Origin: Candidatus Latescibacterota bacterium
Lineage (GTDB): Bacteria > Latescibacterota > UBA2968
Direction: 5' to 3'
Assembly (NCBI GenBank): GCA_965204375.1
Contig: OZ241986.1
Coordinates: forward strand, 1,472,001-1,536,000
Length of the DNA stretch: 64,000 nt
The position numbers were made by a program, and so were the translations under genes. Position 1 is the first letter of the stretch; each line of letters starts with the position of its first letter. Positions 38,931-48,971 of this stretch are shown one piece after another. The notes below the pieces were generated by a model. It was not told the DNA's origin and made no database searches. It saw only the letters and a list, made by a program, of their open reading frames with translations.

Positions 38931-39853
38931 AGGTGGTTATTGGCAGTCGGGGAAGTGCGCTGGCTTTGTGGCAGGCCAATTGGGCAAAGAGAAAACTGGC
39001 GAGCGCATATCCCGATCTCAGTATTGAAATTGAGGTGATCAAAACAGAGGGAGACCGCCTGTCGGAAACGCCTGTGTCTCAAATTGGTGGCAAAGAGGTG
39101 TGGACAAAGGAGATCGAGCACGCGCTGCTGTCGGGCAGTATTGATCTGGCGGTTCACAGTTTGAAAGATTTGCCGACCAGGTTGCCAGAGGGATTGGTTT
39201 TGGGCGCGGTAAGTGCGCGCGAAGATGTGCGCGATGTGCTGGTCAGCAAAAATGATCGGGTGTTTTGGGATTTGCCAGAAGGCGCGACGGTTGCAACGGG
39301 CAGTTTGCGGCGACAAGCACAGTTGAAACACGTGCGACCGGATTTGAATTTTGTGGCGATTCGGGGAAATGTGGATACGCGCGTCAAAAAGCTCGAAACG
39401 GAAAATTTGGATGGCATTATTCTGGCAGCAGCGGGTTTGAAGCGGTTGGGATTGGGAGATCGCATTGCGGATTTTATTGACCCGGATATCTGTTTGCCTG
39501 CGCCCGGGCAGGCCGCGCTGGGGATAGAAATACGAGAAGGGGATGAGCGGATTACAGATCTCGTCGGCGTTTTGAATTGCGCTGAAACGCAGCAAGCCGT
39601 TACGGCAGAGCGCGCGATGCTGGCGGCATTGGGGGGGAGCTGTCGCGTTCCAATAGGTGGACACGCGGCCGTTGACAAGGCTGAAGTTTTGATACTATCG
39701 GGCATCGTTGCAACACCAGATGGACGTCAGGTGATATCGGAGAAGGCAGAAGGACAGGCATCATCTGCCGAGCAGTTGGGCGTGCGCGTTGCAAAGGGAT
39801 TGCTTGAGCAGGGAGCGGGGGATATCCTGGATCAGGATGGGAGGGTGCGGTGA
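38927..39853 (+). CDS. hemC: Hydroxymethylbilane synthase
   Basis: GSRGSALALWQ, AVHSLKD, TGSLRR, IRGNVDTR, GGSCRVP. Confidence 0.97.
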   Translation: MKVVIGSRGSALALWQANWAKRKLASAYPDLSIEIEVIKTEGDRLSETPVSQIGGKEVWTKEIEHALLSGSIDLAVHSLKDLPTRLPEGLVLGAVSAREDVRDVLVSKNDRVFWDLPEGATVATGSLRRQAQLKHVRPDLNFVAIRGNVDTRVKKLETENLDGIILAAAGLKRLGLGDRIADFIDPDICLPAPGQAALGIEIREGDERITDLVGVLNCAETQQAVTAERAMLAALGGSCRVPIGGHAAVDKAEVLILSGIVATPDGRQVISEKAEGQASSAEQLGVRVAKGLLEQGAGDILDQDGRVR

Positions 39854-40283
39854 GCGAAAAGGAAAATATTTTTTAATTTACGATCTGCTGGATGCCGCGG
39901 AAAGTGATGTTGCGCACACGCTACGCTGGACGCTGCGTTGCCCGAACGAGTTGCGCGAGATAGAAAATCGCACAGTTGTAAGTGCCGGTGATCCGGGTAT
40001 CAGGCTGGCACCCGCGTGGTCGGCCGCGATTCGCGATGTGGAAATCGGTTGGGGACCAGGCATGGTCCCGTTGCCCTATCAGGCAGATATGTCGGCGCAA
40101 AAGGCGCAAGTCTGCCATGTCCGGTTCGTACAGGAGATTGATGCCAGTACGCAGGCGCGATTTCTGGTGTTGATGATCTCAGGGGAATGTCAAGACGGAG
40201 CGGTTCAAGGCGAGGTTGTTGACGGTAGAATTGAGGCCAGCGTCACGGCGTGGGGAGAAACAGAGCGCATTGTTTTGAGCTGA
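39837..40283 (+). pseudogene. Probable 5'-truncated gene remnant (heparinase II/III C-terminal-like beta domain)
   Basis: Open frame KYFLIYDLL...HTLRWTLR...RFLVLM interrupts hemC-cobA; no convincing RBS or start; family from motif memory only. Confidence 0.4.
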
Positions 40284-40292
40284 GAGCTATTC

Positions 40293-41789
40293 ATGCAAAC
40301 TGGATGTGTATATCTCATAGGTGCCGGGCCGGGCGATCCGGAATTGATAACTGTGAAGGGTCTGCGCCTGATTCGGGAAGCCGATGTGATCTTGTATGAC
40401 GGGTTAGCGAATCCCGAATTTTTGAAGGAAGCGCGATGGGAATGCGAGTGTATCAATGTGGAAAAGCGCCCGGGTTTTCAGCGTGTGCAGCAAGATGAGA
40501 TTAACCAGATGATGGTCGATTTCGCCCGAAAAGGGTTGATGGTGGTGCGATTAAAAGGGGGCGATCCCATTGTTTTTGGGCGCGGTGGAGAGGAAGCTGA
40601 AGTACTTAGAAAACACAATATTTCTTTTGAGATTGTGCCGGGTATTACCAGTGCAATAGCAGCACCCGCTTATGCGGGTATTCCCGTAACCCATCGCGGT
40701 ATATCTCCCCAGGTGACGATTGTAACGGGGACAACGGCTTCACTTGAAGGAGAAGGAGAAGTTGATTGGGAGGGGTTGGCAAAAGTGGGCGGTACGCTCC
40801 TGATTTTGATGGGTACGAAAAAACGAAGTGAAATTGCCCGACGCCTCATCGCAGGGGGGCGCCCGCCTGAAACGCCCGTTGCAGCCGTACAGTGGGGGTC
40901 TTTGCCATTACAACGGACTGTGAGGACGACGTTGGGGGAGATGGGCGCTGTCGAGATGACCAATCCCGCGGTCATTGTCGTTGGAAAGGTCGCGGCAATG
41001 GATCTGGATTGGTTTGCGTCTAAGCCCTTGTTCGGAAAAACGATTGCTGTGACGCGGGCGCGCACACAGGCGAGTGAATTGGTACAACAGCTACGAGAGT
41101 TGGGCGCGCAAGTGCTGGAAGTGCCCACTATTGCATTTGCCGAACCCCAAAATTGGCGCGATGTGGATTGTGCCATTGCAGATATTCATGCATTTGATTG
41201 GCTTGTTCTGACGAGTACAAACGGAACCGATCACTTTTTTGAGCGTCTGTTTAAACAAGACCGCGATGTACGCGCATTGGGTGAGGTAAAAATTGCGACT
41301 ATTGGCGCGGCGACATCGGCACGGGTGCGCGAGTGGCGTCTCAATGTAGATCTCGAAGCGGTGAATCGCACGTCAGAAGGTTTGCTCGCGGCTTTTGGCG
41401 CAGATCTTTCGGGACAGCGCTTTTTGTTGCCTCGCCCTGAAGAATCTCGGGATGTACTCGCCAACGGGCTTCGAGAGCACGGTGCTGAAGTTTGTGAAGT
41501 TGTTGTTTACAAAACGGTTATGCCCAAGTACTTGCCAAAAAATTTTTTGCAGTTGGTAGAAAAAGAGACTATTGATCTTATCGCGTTTACGAGTTCTTCT
41601 ACGGTCTTAAATCTGGTGAATTTGCTGAAGAAGACGCGGCAAAATTGGGGATCCTTGCCAGCGGCGTGTATCGGTCCTATCACAGCCCAAACCGCAGTTG
41701 CACAGGGATTTGATGTGGTTGTGGAACTTGACGAAACATCGGTATCTATTTCTGGTCTTGTACAAGCAATTGTGACATATTTTAGATAA
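40293..41789 (+). CDS. cobA: Fused uroporphyrinogen-III C-methyltransferase / uroporphyrinogen-III synthase (CobA-HemD)
   Basis: LIGAGPGDPELIT, RLKGGDP..FGRGGEE, VPGITS; C-terminal VTRA, FTSSSTV, CIGPITA. Confidence 0.95.
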   Translation: MQTGCVYLIGAGPGDPELITVKGLRLIREADVILYDGLANPEFLKEARWECECINVEKRPGFQRVQQDEINQMMVDFARKGLMVVRLKGGDPIVFGRGGEEAEVLRKHNISFEIVPGITSAIAAPAYAGIPVTHRGISPQVTIVTGTTASLEGEGEVDWEGLAKVGGTLLILMGTKKRSEIARRLIAGGRPPETPVAAVQWGSLPLQRTVRTTLGEMGAVEMTNPAVIVVGKVAAMDLDWFASKPLFGKTIAVTRARTQASELVQQLRELGAQVLEVPTIAFAEPQNWRDVDCAIADIHAFDWLVLTSTNGTDHFFERLFKQDRDVRALGEVKIATIGAATSARVREWRLNVDLEAVNRTSEGLLAAFGADLSGQRFLLPRPEESRDVLANGLREHGAEVCEVVVYKTVMPKYLPKNFLQLVEKETIDLIAFTSSSTVLNLVNLLKKTRQNWGSLPAACIGPITAQTAVAQGFDVVVELDETSVSISGLVQAIVTYFR

Positions 41790-41798
41790 AAAATGCGG

Positions 41799-41827
41799 TT
41801 GACATACCTGCTGGTAAGTAGTAAATT
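41799..41827 (+). promoter_or_regulatory. Putative sigma-70-type promoter
   Basis: TTGACA-N17-TAAATT. Confidence 0.6.
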
Positions 41828-41873
41828 TATATAGATGAAGTGCAAACACTTTCATACAACAGGAGGAAGCGTC

Positions 41874-42680
41874 ATGAAACGTTTGATTATTGCGACATGT
41901 TTAGGGCTAGGACTGGTCGGCTCTGCCATTGCTGGACCCCTGACACAGGGTATAGAATTTACGGGCGGCGAGAATAGCCTGGCAGGCCTGGTGCTGCAAC
42001 GCACGCAAAATATTGTTGCCGAAGATGGCGTTTTGAAGCTGCAAGTCTCTATCAATTACGCGCAGAAATTGAAGGGTTATGGTTTTGTGCTGCAGTACGA
42101 TCAATCCAAGTATGAGTTTGTCGAAGCACGCCAAGTTGATCAAAATCTGCTCGATGCGAATAGCGGGCAACCCGCGCTATTTCTCGCGTCTAACAAGACG
42201 CCAGGGCAAGTGGCTGTTGGCGCGATGAAGGTCGATGGGCAGGCTGTCAGTGGCGATGGTGCTTTGGTCGAGTTTACGTTTAATACCACACAGACACCTC
42301 TCGCCTCTGATTTTCAGATCCTCGACGGTGTGATGGTTGATTTGGCTGGCGGTATTGATGCCATTACCAATATTGAAATTGGCTCCCTCAAGCCCATGCC
42401 CCAAGATTACGCCCTCGAACAAAATGTACCAAATCCTTTTAACCCCTCCACGACAATTGAATATCGGTTGCCCGAAGCCGGTGACGTCCAACTGGTGATC
42501 TACAATCTGCTCGGGCAAGAAGTTCGCACCCTAATTCAAGAGACGATGGATGCGGGTTTTCACTCGGTTGTTTGGGATGGCACGGATGAATTTGGCAAGC
42601 AAGTGGCCAGTGGTATTTATATTTATCGCATGTCAGTGGCTGATTTTACCCAGGTTCAGCGCATGATGTTGCTGAAGTAA
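41874..42680 (+). CDS. Secreted protein: cohesin-like domain plus C-terminal FlgD-Ig / T9SS-type sorting domain
   Basis: Signal peptide; LKGYGFVLQYD..KYEFV...PGQVAV...VSGDGALVEFTF; ALEQNVPNPFNPSTTIEY...IYNLLGQEVRTL...WDG...VASGIYIYRM. Confidence 0.8.
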   Translation: MKRLIIATCLGLGLVGSAIAGPLTQGIEFTGGENSLAGLVLQRTQNIVAEDGVLKLQVSINYAQKLKGYGFVLQYDQSKYEFVEARQVDQNLLDANSGQPALFLASNKTPGQVAVGAMKVDGQAVSGDGALVEFTFNTTQTPLASDFQILDGVMVDLAGGIDAITNIEIGSLKPMPQDYALEQNVPNPFNPSTTIEYRLPEAGDVQLVIYNLLGQEVRTLIQETMDAGFHSVVWDGTDEFGKQVASGIYIYRMSVADFTQVQRMMLLK

Positions 42681-42702
42681 TGGCGCATTCGAATTCGTTT
42701 CG

Positions 42703-42735
42703 AGGCCGCTTCTTTTGAGGCGGCCTTTCTTTTTT
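42703..42735 (+). terminator. Intrinsic terminator
   Basis: AGGCCGCTTC-TTTT-GAGGCGGCCT followed by TTCTTTTTT. Confidence 0.8.
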
Positions 42736-42748
42736 GGGAGGGAGTGTC

Positions 42749-43795
42749 ATGATTCGCGTTGGACTGGTGGGCTATGGTTTGGGTGGAAAAGTCTTTCACG
42801 CACAATTGATTCAGATGGCGCCAGATCTCGAACTCTATGCGGTTTGTTCGCGTTCATTAGAAAAACGCCAGGATGCAGAGGCTGATTTCCCACAGATCGC
42901 GACGTATGACTCTTTTGACGCGCTATTGGACGATGGTAATATCGATCTCGTTGTGCTGGCGACACCTCACGATACGCATGCGCCGATGGCTATTCAGGCA
43001 ATGGACGCTGGCAAACATCTCGTAACAGATAAAATTATGTGTTTGAATGAGTCTGAAGCGCTGGCTATGATTGAAGCGTCTGAGCGCAATCAGGTGCTTT
43101 TAAGTGTGTATCAGAACCGGCGATGGGATGGCGATTTCTTGACGTTGCAACACATACTCGCAGAAGGGATACTGGGCGATATTTATACTATTGAGTCCAA
43201 TATCACAACTTATGGTGGCCCGCATGTCGGGTGGCGTGCGTGGAAAAAATACGGCGGAGGGCGTGTTCTCGATTGGGGGGCGCATCTGGTAGATCAGGCT
43301 CTCAGACTTTACGGTCCGACAGTTGAAACCGTTTTTGCCGATTTGCAATATCGCTATCCCAAGGACAAGGCCGATGTTGAGGCTCTATCTCTGATTCATC
43401 TGAGATTTGCAAATGGAGTGCGCTATTTTATTGAGTTGGGCACCGCGTGGATGTATGCCAAGCCGCGCTATCATGTGCGCGGCGCGCTCGGAAGTTTTAG
43501 AAAATATGGCATAGACCCTCAAGAAGCGGCGATGAAGTCGGGCGTTTTTGGCGTACTCGTTCCGGAAGACCCTGCGCGTTATCAGTTGCGCGTGGTCAAT
43601 GATCGCGGACAAACTGTAGAGTACCCCGTGTCGCCCCTGTTTGGCAGTTATCGCACGTATTACGATAATGTGGGCGCAGCACTTGTACGTGGGGAAGAAT
43701 TGCTGGTCAAACCAGAAGAATGTCTGGAGGCCATTCGCGTGATTGATGCAATCAGGCTCTCGGCAGAACGAGAAGAGGTCGTCAAGCTGAGATAG
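42749..43795 (+). CDS. Gfo/Idh/MocA oxidoreductase (scyllo-inositol dehydrogenase/YdgJ-like)
   Basis: VGLVGYGLGGKVFH, ATPHDTH, QNRRWDGDF, DWGAHLVDQ, KYGIDPQE. Confidence 0.9.
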   Translation: MIRVGLVGYGLGGKVFHAQLIQMAPDLELYAVCSRSLEKRQDAEADFPQIATYDSFDALLDDGNIDLVVLATPHDTHAPMAIQAMDAGKHLVTDKIMCLNESEALAMIEASERNQVLLSVYQNRRWDGDFLTLQHILAEGILGDIYTIESNITTYGGPHVGWRAWKKYGGGRVLDWGAHLVDQALRLYGPTVETVFADLQYRYPKDKADVEALSLIHLRFANGVRYFIELGTAWMYAKPRYHVRGALGSFRKYGIDPQEAAMKSGVFGVLVPEDPARYQLRVVNDRGQTVEYPVSPLFGSYRTYYDNVGAALVRGEELLVKPEECLEAIRVIDAIRLSAEREEVVKLR

Positions 43796-43809
43796 AAAAG
43801 GGTATTTTT

Positions 43810-43965
43810 ATGGTGTGGGGCATTGTATTATTTATCATTTTTACGGGTTGTTATCTCGGGCAATGTGTTTCTTCTGGCCTGGGTGAAAAGCGCGGCTGGT
43901 CATTGCAGTGGATCTGTTGGCTGATCACGAGTTTGACGATTCTGATCTGCTATTTCATTGTTTAG
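43810..43965 (+). CDS. Small two-TM membrane protein (51 aa), below the ORF-track cutoff
   Basis: MVWGIVLFIIFTGCYLGQCVSSGLGEKRGWSLQWICWLITSLTILICYFIV; fills the gap between co-directional genes. Confidence 0.55.
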   Translation: MVWGIVLFIIFTGCYLGQCVSSGLGEKRGWSLQWICWLITSLTILICYFIV

Positions 43966-43975
43966 GACCACCATC

Positions 43976-44455
43976 GTGTTGTTTTGCGAATTTAAACGCC
44001 ATCTCGATAAACCCGATGAAACGTATATGTGCGATTTGGTCGCCTGCGGCACAGATTGGGTTGTCTTGTCTTATGTGTCAAACCAGGCCTGGGAAGTTGC
44101 CGGCGCCCTCTTGCCTGCTGGTTCTCAAACGCTGGCTTTTTATCAAATGGACGTCGCTCATGTTCTGTGGCGAATGTGTGCCCCTTCAGGTAATCTGAAG
44201 GGGCATTTATTTCACATTTGTCGAGATGTGCAGGTGGAAGAAGACAAGGTCAGTTATCTGGATCTGCTTTTGGATATATGGATAAGTTCAGATGGTGTTG
44301 TCGAGGTTTTAGACCGAGAGGATGTAGATGTGTGTTACAGGGAAGGCAAACTGTGTGAAGCCGACTTGAAAGCCATAGCGGCAGAAGAGAAACGAATTGT
44401 GACACACTGGCCCGTGCTGGTGCGCGAGATGGACGCGCTTTTGAGCGACCTATAA
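43976..44455 (+). CDS. DUF402 domain protein
   Basis: YLDLLLDIWI...VEVLDRED motif; GTG start after AGGA. Confidence 0.75.
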   Translation: MLFCEFKRHLDKPDETYMCDLVACGTDWVVLSYVSNQAWEVAGALLPAGSQTLAFYQMDVAHVLWRMCAPSGNLKGHLFHICRDVQVEEDKVSYLDLLLDIWISSDGVVEVLDREDVDVCYREGKLCEADLKAIAAEEKRIVTHWPVLVREMDALLSDL

Positions 44456-45337
44456 TGATTTCTTTTCTTCTTCGAGCAGCGGGATGAGTTCTCTGAGGTA
44501 TTTGCGAAAATCTTTGGCAATGGCCGGATGGGTGAGGGAAAAGGCCACGGAGGTTTTGAGATATGAAAGAAGATCGCCCACTGTATGCCACTCCCCTTCA
44601 ATGGCGCATGCGTAAACCGCTCGGGATTGGCTCATCAATTCAATGGCGTCGGTGAGTTGATATTCTCCATTCTCAGCAGGTTCGATCTGTTCGAGGAAGT
44701 CAAAAATTTCGGGCCCAAAGATATAGCGCCCAAGGGTTGCGAGATTTGACGGTGCTCTTGTCGGATCGGGTTTTTCAATGAGTCCCTCAACGAGATAGAC
44801 ATCGTTTATGCGGTTGCCTTTAATAACGCCATAACTACTGATGCGTTCTTGCGGCACTTCTTTAACTGCGAGGATTGAGCTGTTGTACCTGTTATAGTGC
44901 TCTATCATCTGTCCAATGCATGGGCGCTCCGAAACGACGAGGTCGTCGCCGTAAAGAACGGCAAAGGGTTCGTCGCCAATATGTTTGCGGGCTTTGAGAA
45001 CGGCGTGTCCTGTACCTAACTGGTCTTTTTGTCGCACGTAATGGATGTCGGCCAGTTGTTCGATCCGGTCCAGCGTTTCAAGCATTTTTAGATCTGCGCG
45101 TTCATGCAATGCATGGGCGATTTCGACATTGCGATCAAAGTGGTCTTCAATTGCACGCTTTCCCCGGCCCGTGATGATCAGGATGTCTTCAATACCCGAG
45201 TTGACGAGTTCCTCTATGATGTATTGAATCGCTGGCTTGTCAACAATGGGCATCATCTCTTTGGGCAGGGCTTTGGTGGCGGGCAGCATGCGACTGCCGT
45301 GCCCCGCTGCGGGGATTACTGCTTTCCGAATTTTCAA
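44450..45337 (-). CDS. galU: UTP--glucose-1-phosphate uridylyltransferase
   Basis: KAVIPAAGHGSRMLPATKALPKEMMPIVDKP, LGTGHAVL, EKP, GEYQLTDAI; TTG start after GGAGG. Confidence 0.96.
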   Translation of the reverse strand: MKIRKAVIPAAGHGSRMLPATKALPKEMMPIVDKPAIQYIIEELVNSGIEDILIITGRGKRAIEDHFDRNVEIAHALHERADLKMLETLDRIEQLADIHYVRQKDQLGTGHAVLKARKHIGDEPFAVLYGDDLVVSERPCIGQMIEHYNRYNSSILAVKEVPQERISSYGVIKGNRINDVYLVEGLIEKPDPTRAPSNLATLGRYIFGPEIFDFLEQIEPAENGEYQLTDAIELMSQSRAVYACAIEGEWHTVGDLLSYLKTSVAFSLTHPAIAKDFRKYLRELIPLLEEEKKSL

Positions 45338-45356
45338 CAGGACCTCCAATACCGAG

Positions 45357-45409
45357 ATTTGTCAAATGATCTGAATGACAAATTTCAGATCGCCAGAAAG
45401 AAATGTCAA
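45357..45409 (-). promoter_or_regulatory. Putative galU promoter overlapped by two interleaved palindromes
   Basis: Minus strand TTGACA-N17-GAAATT; GATCTGAA-N8-TTCAGATC and ATTTGTCA-N11-TGACAAAT. Confidence 0.5.
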
Positions 45410-45659
45410 GGATATTTTCCCACAACATATTGTCTCTCGTTACTTGACTTTATTTTTTTAAAGAGTTATTATTCTGCATCTTTTCTCCCCTTTTTCCACT
45501 TCTGTTAATTTTCCCCCTATTCAGAAGTCGTCTTCTCGCTGCCATTCAACGTTTTTCCGACAGGCAGTTGTGAATACCGAGAAATACAGACCAATTTTTT
45601 TAACTAATTTTGCCGGATTATTGTTCTCTTTATCAATTCCGGTGGGAGATACTTCAGCT

Positions 45660-46679
45660 ATGGCTTTTTGGTTTTCGAACTTGTTTTCTAATGATATTGG
45701 TATTGATCTGGGAACTGCCAACACACTGGTTTATGTCAAAGGGCAGGGCATTGTGATCAATGAACCTTCAATTGTTGCTCTTGAGCGTCATACGCGCAAA
45801 CCCTTGGCCATTGGTGCTCAGGCGAAAGAAATGCTTGGGCGCGAAAAACCGGATATAGAGGTGGTGCGCCCGCTCCGCGATGGCGTTATCGCCGATTTTG
45901 ATGTGACTGAGGAAATGCTGCGCTTTTTTATTTCCAAAGTACAAAAAAACAAACTGCTGGTCAGGCCGCGCGTTGTAATTTGTGTGCCTTCTGGTGTTAC
46001 GCCTGTTGAGATGCGAGCTGTAAGAGAAGCTGCTGATCGCGCAGGTGCCCGCGAAGTTTATTTGATCAAAGAACCCATGGCGGCTGCGATTGGCGTTGGG
46101 TTGCCCATAGAGGATGCGGTGGGGTCTATGGTCGTTGATATTGGCGGCGGAACAACTGAGATCGCTGTGATTGCACTATCTGGTATTGTGACGTCCGTAT
46201 CAATTAAAACAGCGGGCGATGAATTGACAGAAGTCATTGTACAATTTCTCAAGCGCAAACACAATCTGCTGGTAGGAAGCCGCAGCGCAGAGCAAATCAA
46301 GTGCGCTATTGGTACTGCCGTGGGGCTCGATGAAGAACTGCAACATACGTGTCGCGGCCTGGAGATGGTGCAAGCGATTCCCAGAATTATTACTGTCCAC
46401 TCGAAAGAAATCAGAGAGGCGATGGCCGGTTCGACAAATGCAATCATTAACGCTGTGCGCCGAACGCTCGAGCATACACCACCCGAATTGGCCGCCGATA
46501 TTCTCGATAATGGCATCATTTTGACGGGAGGTGGGGCACTGTTGCGCGGTCTGGATCGGCGATTGGTCAATGAGACTGGCTTACCCGTTATGGTAGCCGA
46601 TGATCCATTGACCTGTGTGGTGCGAGGTACGGGGAAAGTACTTGCAGATATCCATGGCTACAGGAATGTTTTGGAATAG
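45660..46679 (+). CDS. mreB: Rod shape-determining protein MreB
   Basis: IGIDLGTANTL, RPLRDGVIADF, EPMAAAIG, VDIGGGTTE, LTGGGALL. Confidence 0.97.
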   Translation: MAFWFSNLFSNDIGIDLGTANTLVYVKGQGIVINEPSIVALERHTRKPLAIGAQAKEMLGREKPDIEVVRPLRDGVIADFDVTEEMLRFFISKVQKNKLLVRPRVVICVPSGVTPVEMRAVREAADRAGAREVYLIKEPMAAAIGVGLPIEDAVGSMVVDIGGGTTEIAVIALSGIVTSVSIKTAGDELTEVIVQFLKRKHNLLVGSRSAEQIKCAIGTAVGLDEELQHTCRGLEMVQAIPRIITVHSKEIREAMAGSTNAIINAVRRTLEHTPPELAADILDNGIILTGGGALLRGLDRRLVNETGLPVMVADDPLTCVVRGTGKVLADIHGYRNVLE

Positions 46680-46681
46680 CG

Positions 46682-47488
46682 ATGCAGCAAATTCATGTTT
46701 TTTTGCGTGTTCGCCGTAAGGGAGTTGTGCTGGGTGTTGCGATTTTGGCGTCGTTGATATTGATGTTGTTCGATTCCTCAATACAGACGCGATTTGCACA
46801 CAATATTGTTTTTGGATTGACATCTATTGGGCACCGTATCTTTGCCTGGCCAATGGGAGTTTCTTCGCTGCGACACGAAAATGATGCTTTGCGCGATCAG
46901 AATTTGCGTCTTTCTCTCGAATTGCTCAAACTCAGAGAGGCCCAGCTTGAAAATGCACGCCTCCATGCCTTATTGCATTTCAAGTCGCAGCAGGCGGCTG
47001 AAAAATCTTATATCGCTGCACGGGTGATTGCACGCAATCCCGCGCGAATTGCAAATACGATATTGATCGATGCCGGTACAGATGAAGGCGTACAGGCCCG
47101 TATGCCTGTTGTGACTGCGGATGGGTTGGTGGGGCGTATCGTGGAAGTACACGGCTATACTGCTATTGTACAGTTGCTTGTAGATCACAACTGTCGGGTC
47201 AGCGCTGTGGTGCAGCGACACAGCCGCATAAATGGTATTGTGTCTTTTGAAGATGGCACATTCTATTTAAAAAATGTGTCGCTTCGAGGGGATATTAAAG
47301 TTGGAGATTTGATCGTATCATCTGGTTTGGGCGAACTCTTTCCAAAAGGACTTTACGTGGGGCAGGTTGCCGAAGTAGGGGATGAAGTACAGGGTTTGTT
47401 TAGAGAGGTTATTCTGGCACCAGGCGTAAATTTCCACAATTTGGAAGAAGTCTTTGTACTGAAGACCCGTTCACCGATCAACAAATAA
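46682..47488 (+). CDS. mreC: Rod shape-determining protein MreC
   Basis: N-terminal TM, coiled coil ENARL, GLVGRI, SSGLGELFPKGLYVG, LEEVFV. Confidence 0.93.
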   Translation: MQQIHVFLRVRRKGVVLGVAILASLILMLFDSSIQTRFAHNIVFGLTSIGHRIFAWPMGVSSLRHENDALRDQNLRLSLELLKLREAQLENARLHALLHFKSQQAAEKSYIAARVIARNPARIANTILIDAGTDEGVQARMPVVTADGLVGRIVEVHGYTAIVQLLVDHNCRVSAVVQRHSRINGIVSFEDGTFYLKNVSLRGDIKVGDLIVSSGLGELFPKGLYVGQVAEVGDEVQGLFREVILAPGVNFHNLEEVFVLKTRSPINK

Positions 47489-47492
47489 AGTG

Positions 47493-48971
47493 TCACAATT
47501 GAATCGATTTTTTGAGTTCCCTGAGGGCAGTGCCTTCGGGGGATTTTTTGTAGTAGGTATCCAGTGGAAAGCATCCCGATATCATGCCATTTCGGGGGGC
47601 TGTGGTGCAGTCGCTAAAGGTTCGACAAAGTTTGCGTTTGGAAGTTTCGCCCTTTTGGAGTACATCTACGGGCAAATCGGGATAGGACAGCACCATGCGC
47701 CCCAGACCGATAAAATCTACCTTGCCATCGCGCACGAGCGTTTGGGCAACGTGGGGCAGAAATTCCTGGAGGTAGGAATAAGCCGTACCGACGATGAGCA
47801 AATCAGAAAATTGTTTTTTGATTTGTGCAGTAATGCCAACTTGACGGGCAACGCCCACGAGTGGGTCTTCGGGGGGTTGATAGCCATCAGAGGGAGGAAA
47901 ATAAGCAGGCCGCTGAATGTGGGGGTTGTAGTAAGGACTGCCTGCTGAGAGATTGACAAGCACAATATCGAGTTCGCGCAGCAATTCGAGGAAGCGACAG
48001 GTTTCGGCGATATTTGTGGCGATGGGATTGTCTTCATCAATGCCAAAACCGTACTTATAGGGTAGGTATTCGGAAAAATCTTCGGGAATGCCGGGTCCGA
48101 GTTTCTTGCCCTCGGATTGTTCGGGGTCGGGATAAAAAGGCACAAAATCGAATGCACTGAGGCGCACACCTATTTTGAGACCGGGACAATCGGTGCGAAT
48201 GCCCGCGACGATTTCGCGAAGAAATCGCGTTCGGTTTTCAAATGAGCCGCCATAAGGTCCCGGCCGGGTAAAGGCACTTAAAAATTCGTGACCGATATAA
48301 CCGTGGCAGTGTTTGACATCGACAAACTGATATCCGAGGTCATGCGCCATACGTGCGGCACTGCAATAGTCGTCAATCAGGCTTTTGATTTCGCTATCGG
48401 ATAGCAAGGGATCGTCCGAGTCAATACCAAATTTGCGGTCGAGAATCGGATGGCGATACACAATGCGGGGCTCGAGTTTGATTTTATCATTGGGTCTGCA
48501 AAAACGACCCGAGTGGGTCAGTTGAAGGCCGATGAGCAGGTCATCGGTGTTGCCGATGTGTTCCCGGTGTGCCGATAAGAGTTCTTCGCGGAGTTTGCCC
48601 AGGCCGGTTTTGGTATGTTCGGCTGCAAAGAGTTGATTGGGATTTGCGCGTCCTTCATGACGCACGGCAACGGCTTCGCCGCCCCATATTAATTTTGCAC
48701 CACTAAGGCCAAAGTTTTGCCATCTCCGGAGGGTATATTCTGAGGGATTGCCATCAATTTCGCCGTCCCAGCCCTCCATGGGGTGGATGCAAAAGCGATT
48801 GCCAATGCGAAAGCCCTGACACTCGCTTGTTTGGGCAAGCGGAGATTCTGGTGCTTTGAGAACTTCGTCATCGCAGGGTAGGTCAATCCCCAGGCTGTTG
48901 ACATGTGCTTTGAATGATTCGACGGTTTTGTGATGTCCGATGCGCTGGTATTTTGCCAGAGGCATTGGCAC
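47493..48971 (-). CDS. NADH:flavin oxidoreductase (Old Yellow Enzyme family)
   Basis: [41 protein letters not shown]. Confidence 0.9.
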   Translation of the reverse strand: MPMPLAKYQRIGHHKTVESFKAHVNSLGIDLPCDDEVLKAPESPLAQTSECQGFRIGNRFCIHPMEGWDGEIDGNPSEYTLRRWQNFGLSGAKLIWGGEAVAVRHEGRANPNQLFAAEHTKTGLGKLREELLSAHREHIGNTDDLLIGLQLTHSGRFCRPNDKIKLEPRIVYRHPILDRKFGIDSDDPLLSDSEIKSLIDDYCSAARMAHDLGYQFVDVKHCHGYIGHEFLSAFTRPGPYGGSFENRTRFLREIVAGIRTDCPGLKIGVRLSAFDFVPFYPDPEQSEGKKLGPGIPEDFSEYLPYKYGFGIDEDNPIATNIAETCRFLELLRELDIVLVNLSAGSPYYNPHIQRPAYFPPSDGYQPPEDPLVGVARQVGITAQIKKQFSDLLIVGTAYSYLQEFLPHVAQTLVRDGKVDFIGLGRMVLSYPDLPVDVLQKGETSKRKLCRTFSDCTTAPRNGMISGCFPLDTYYKKSPEGTALRELKKSIQL

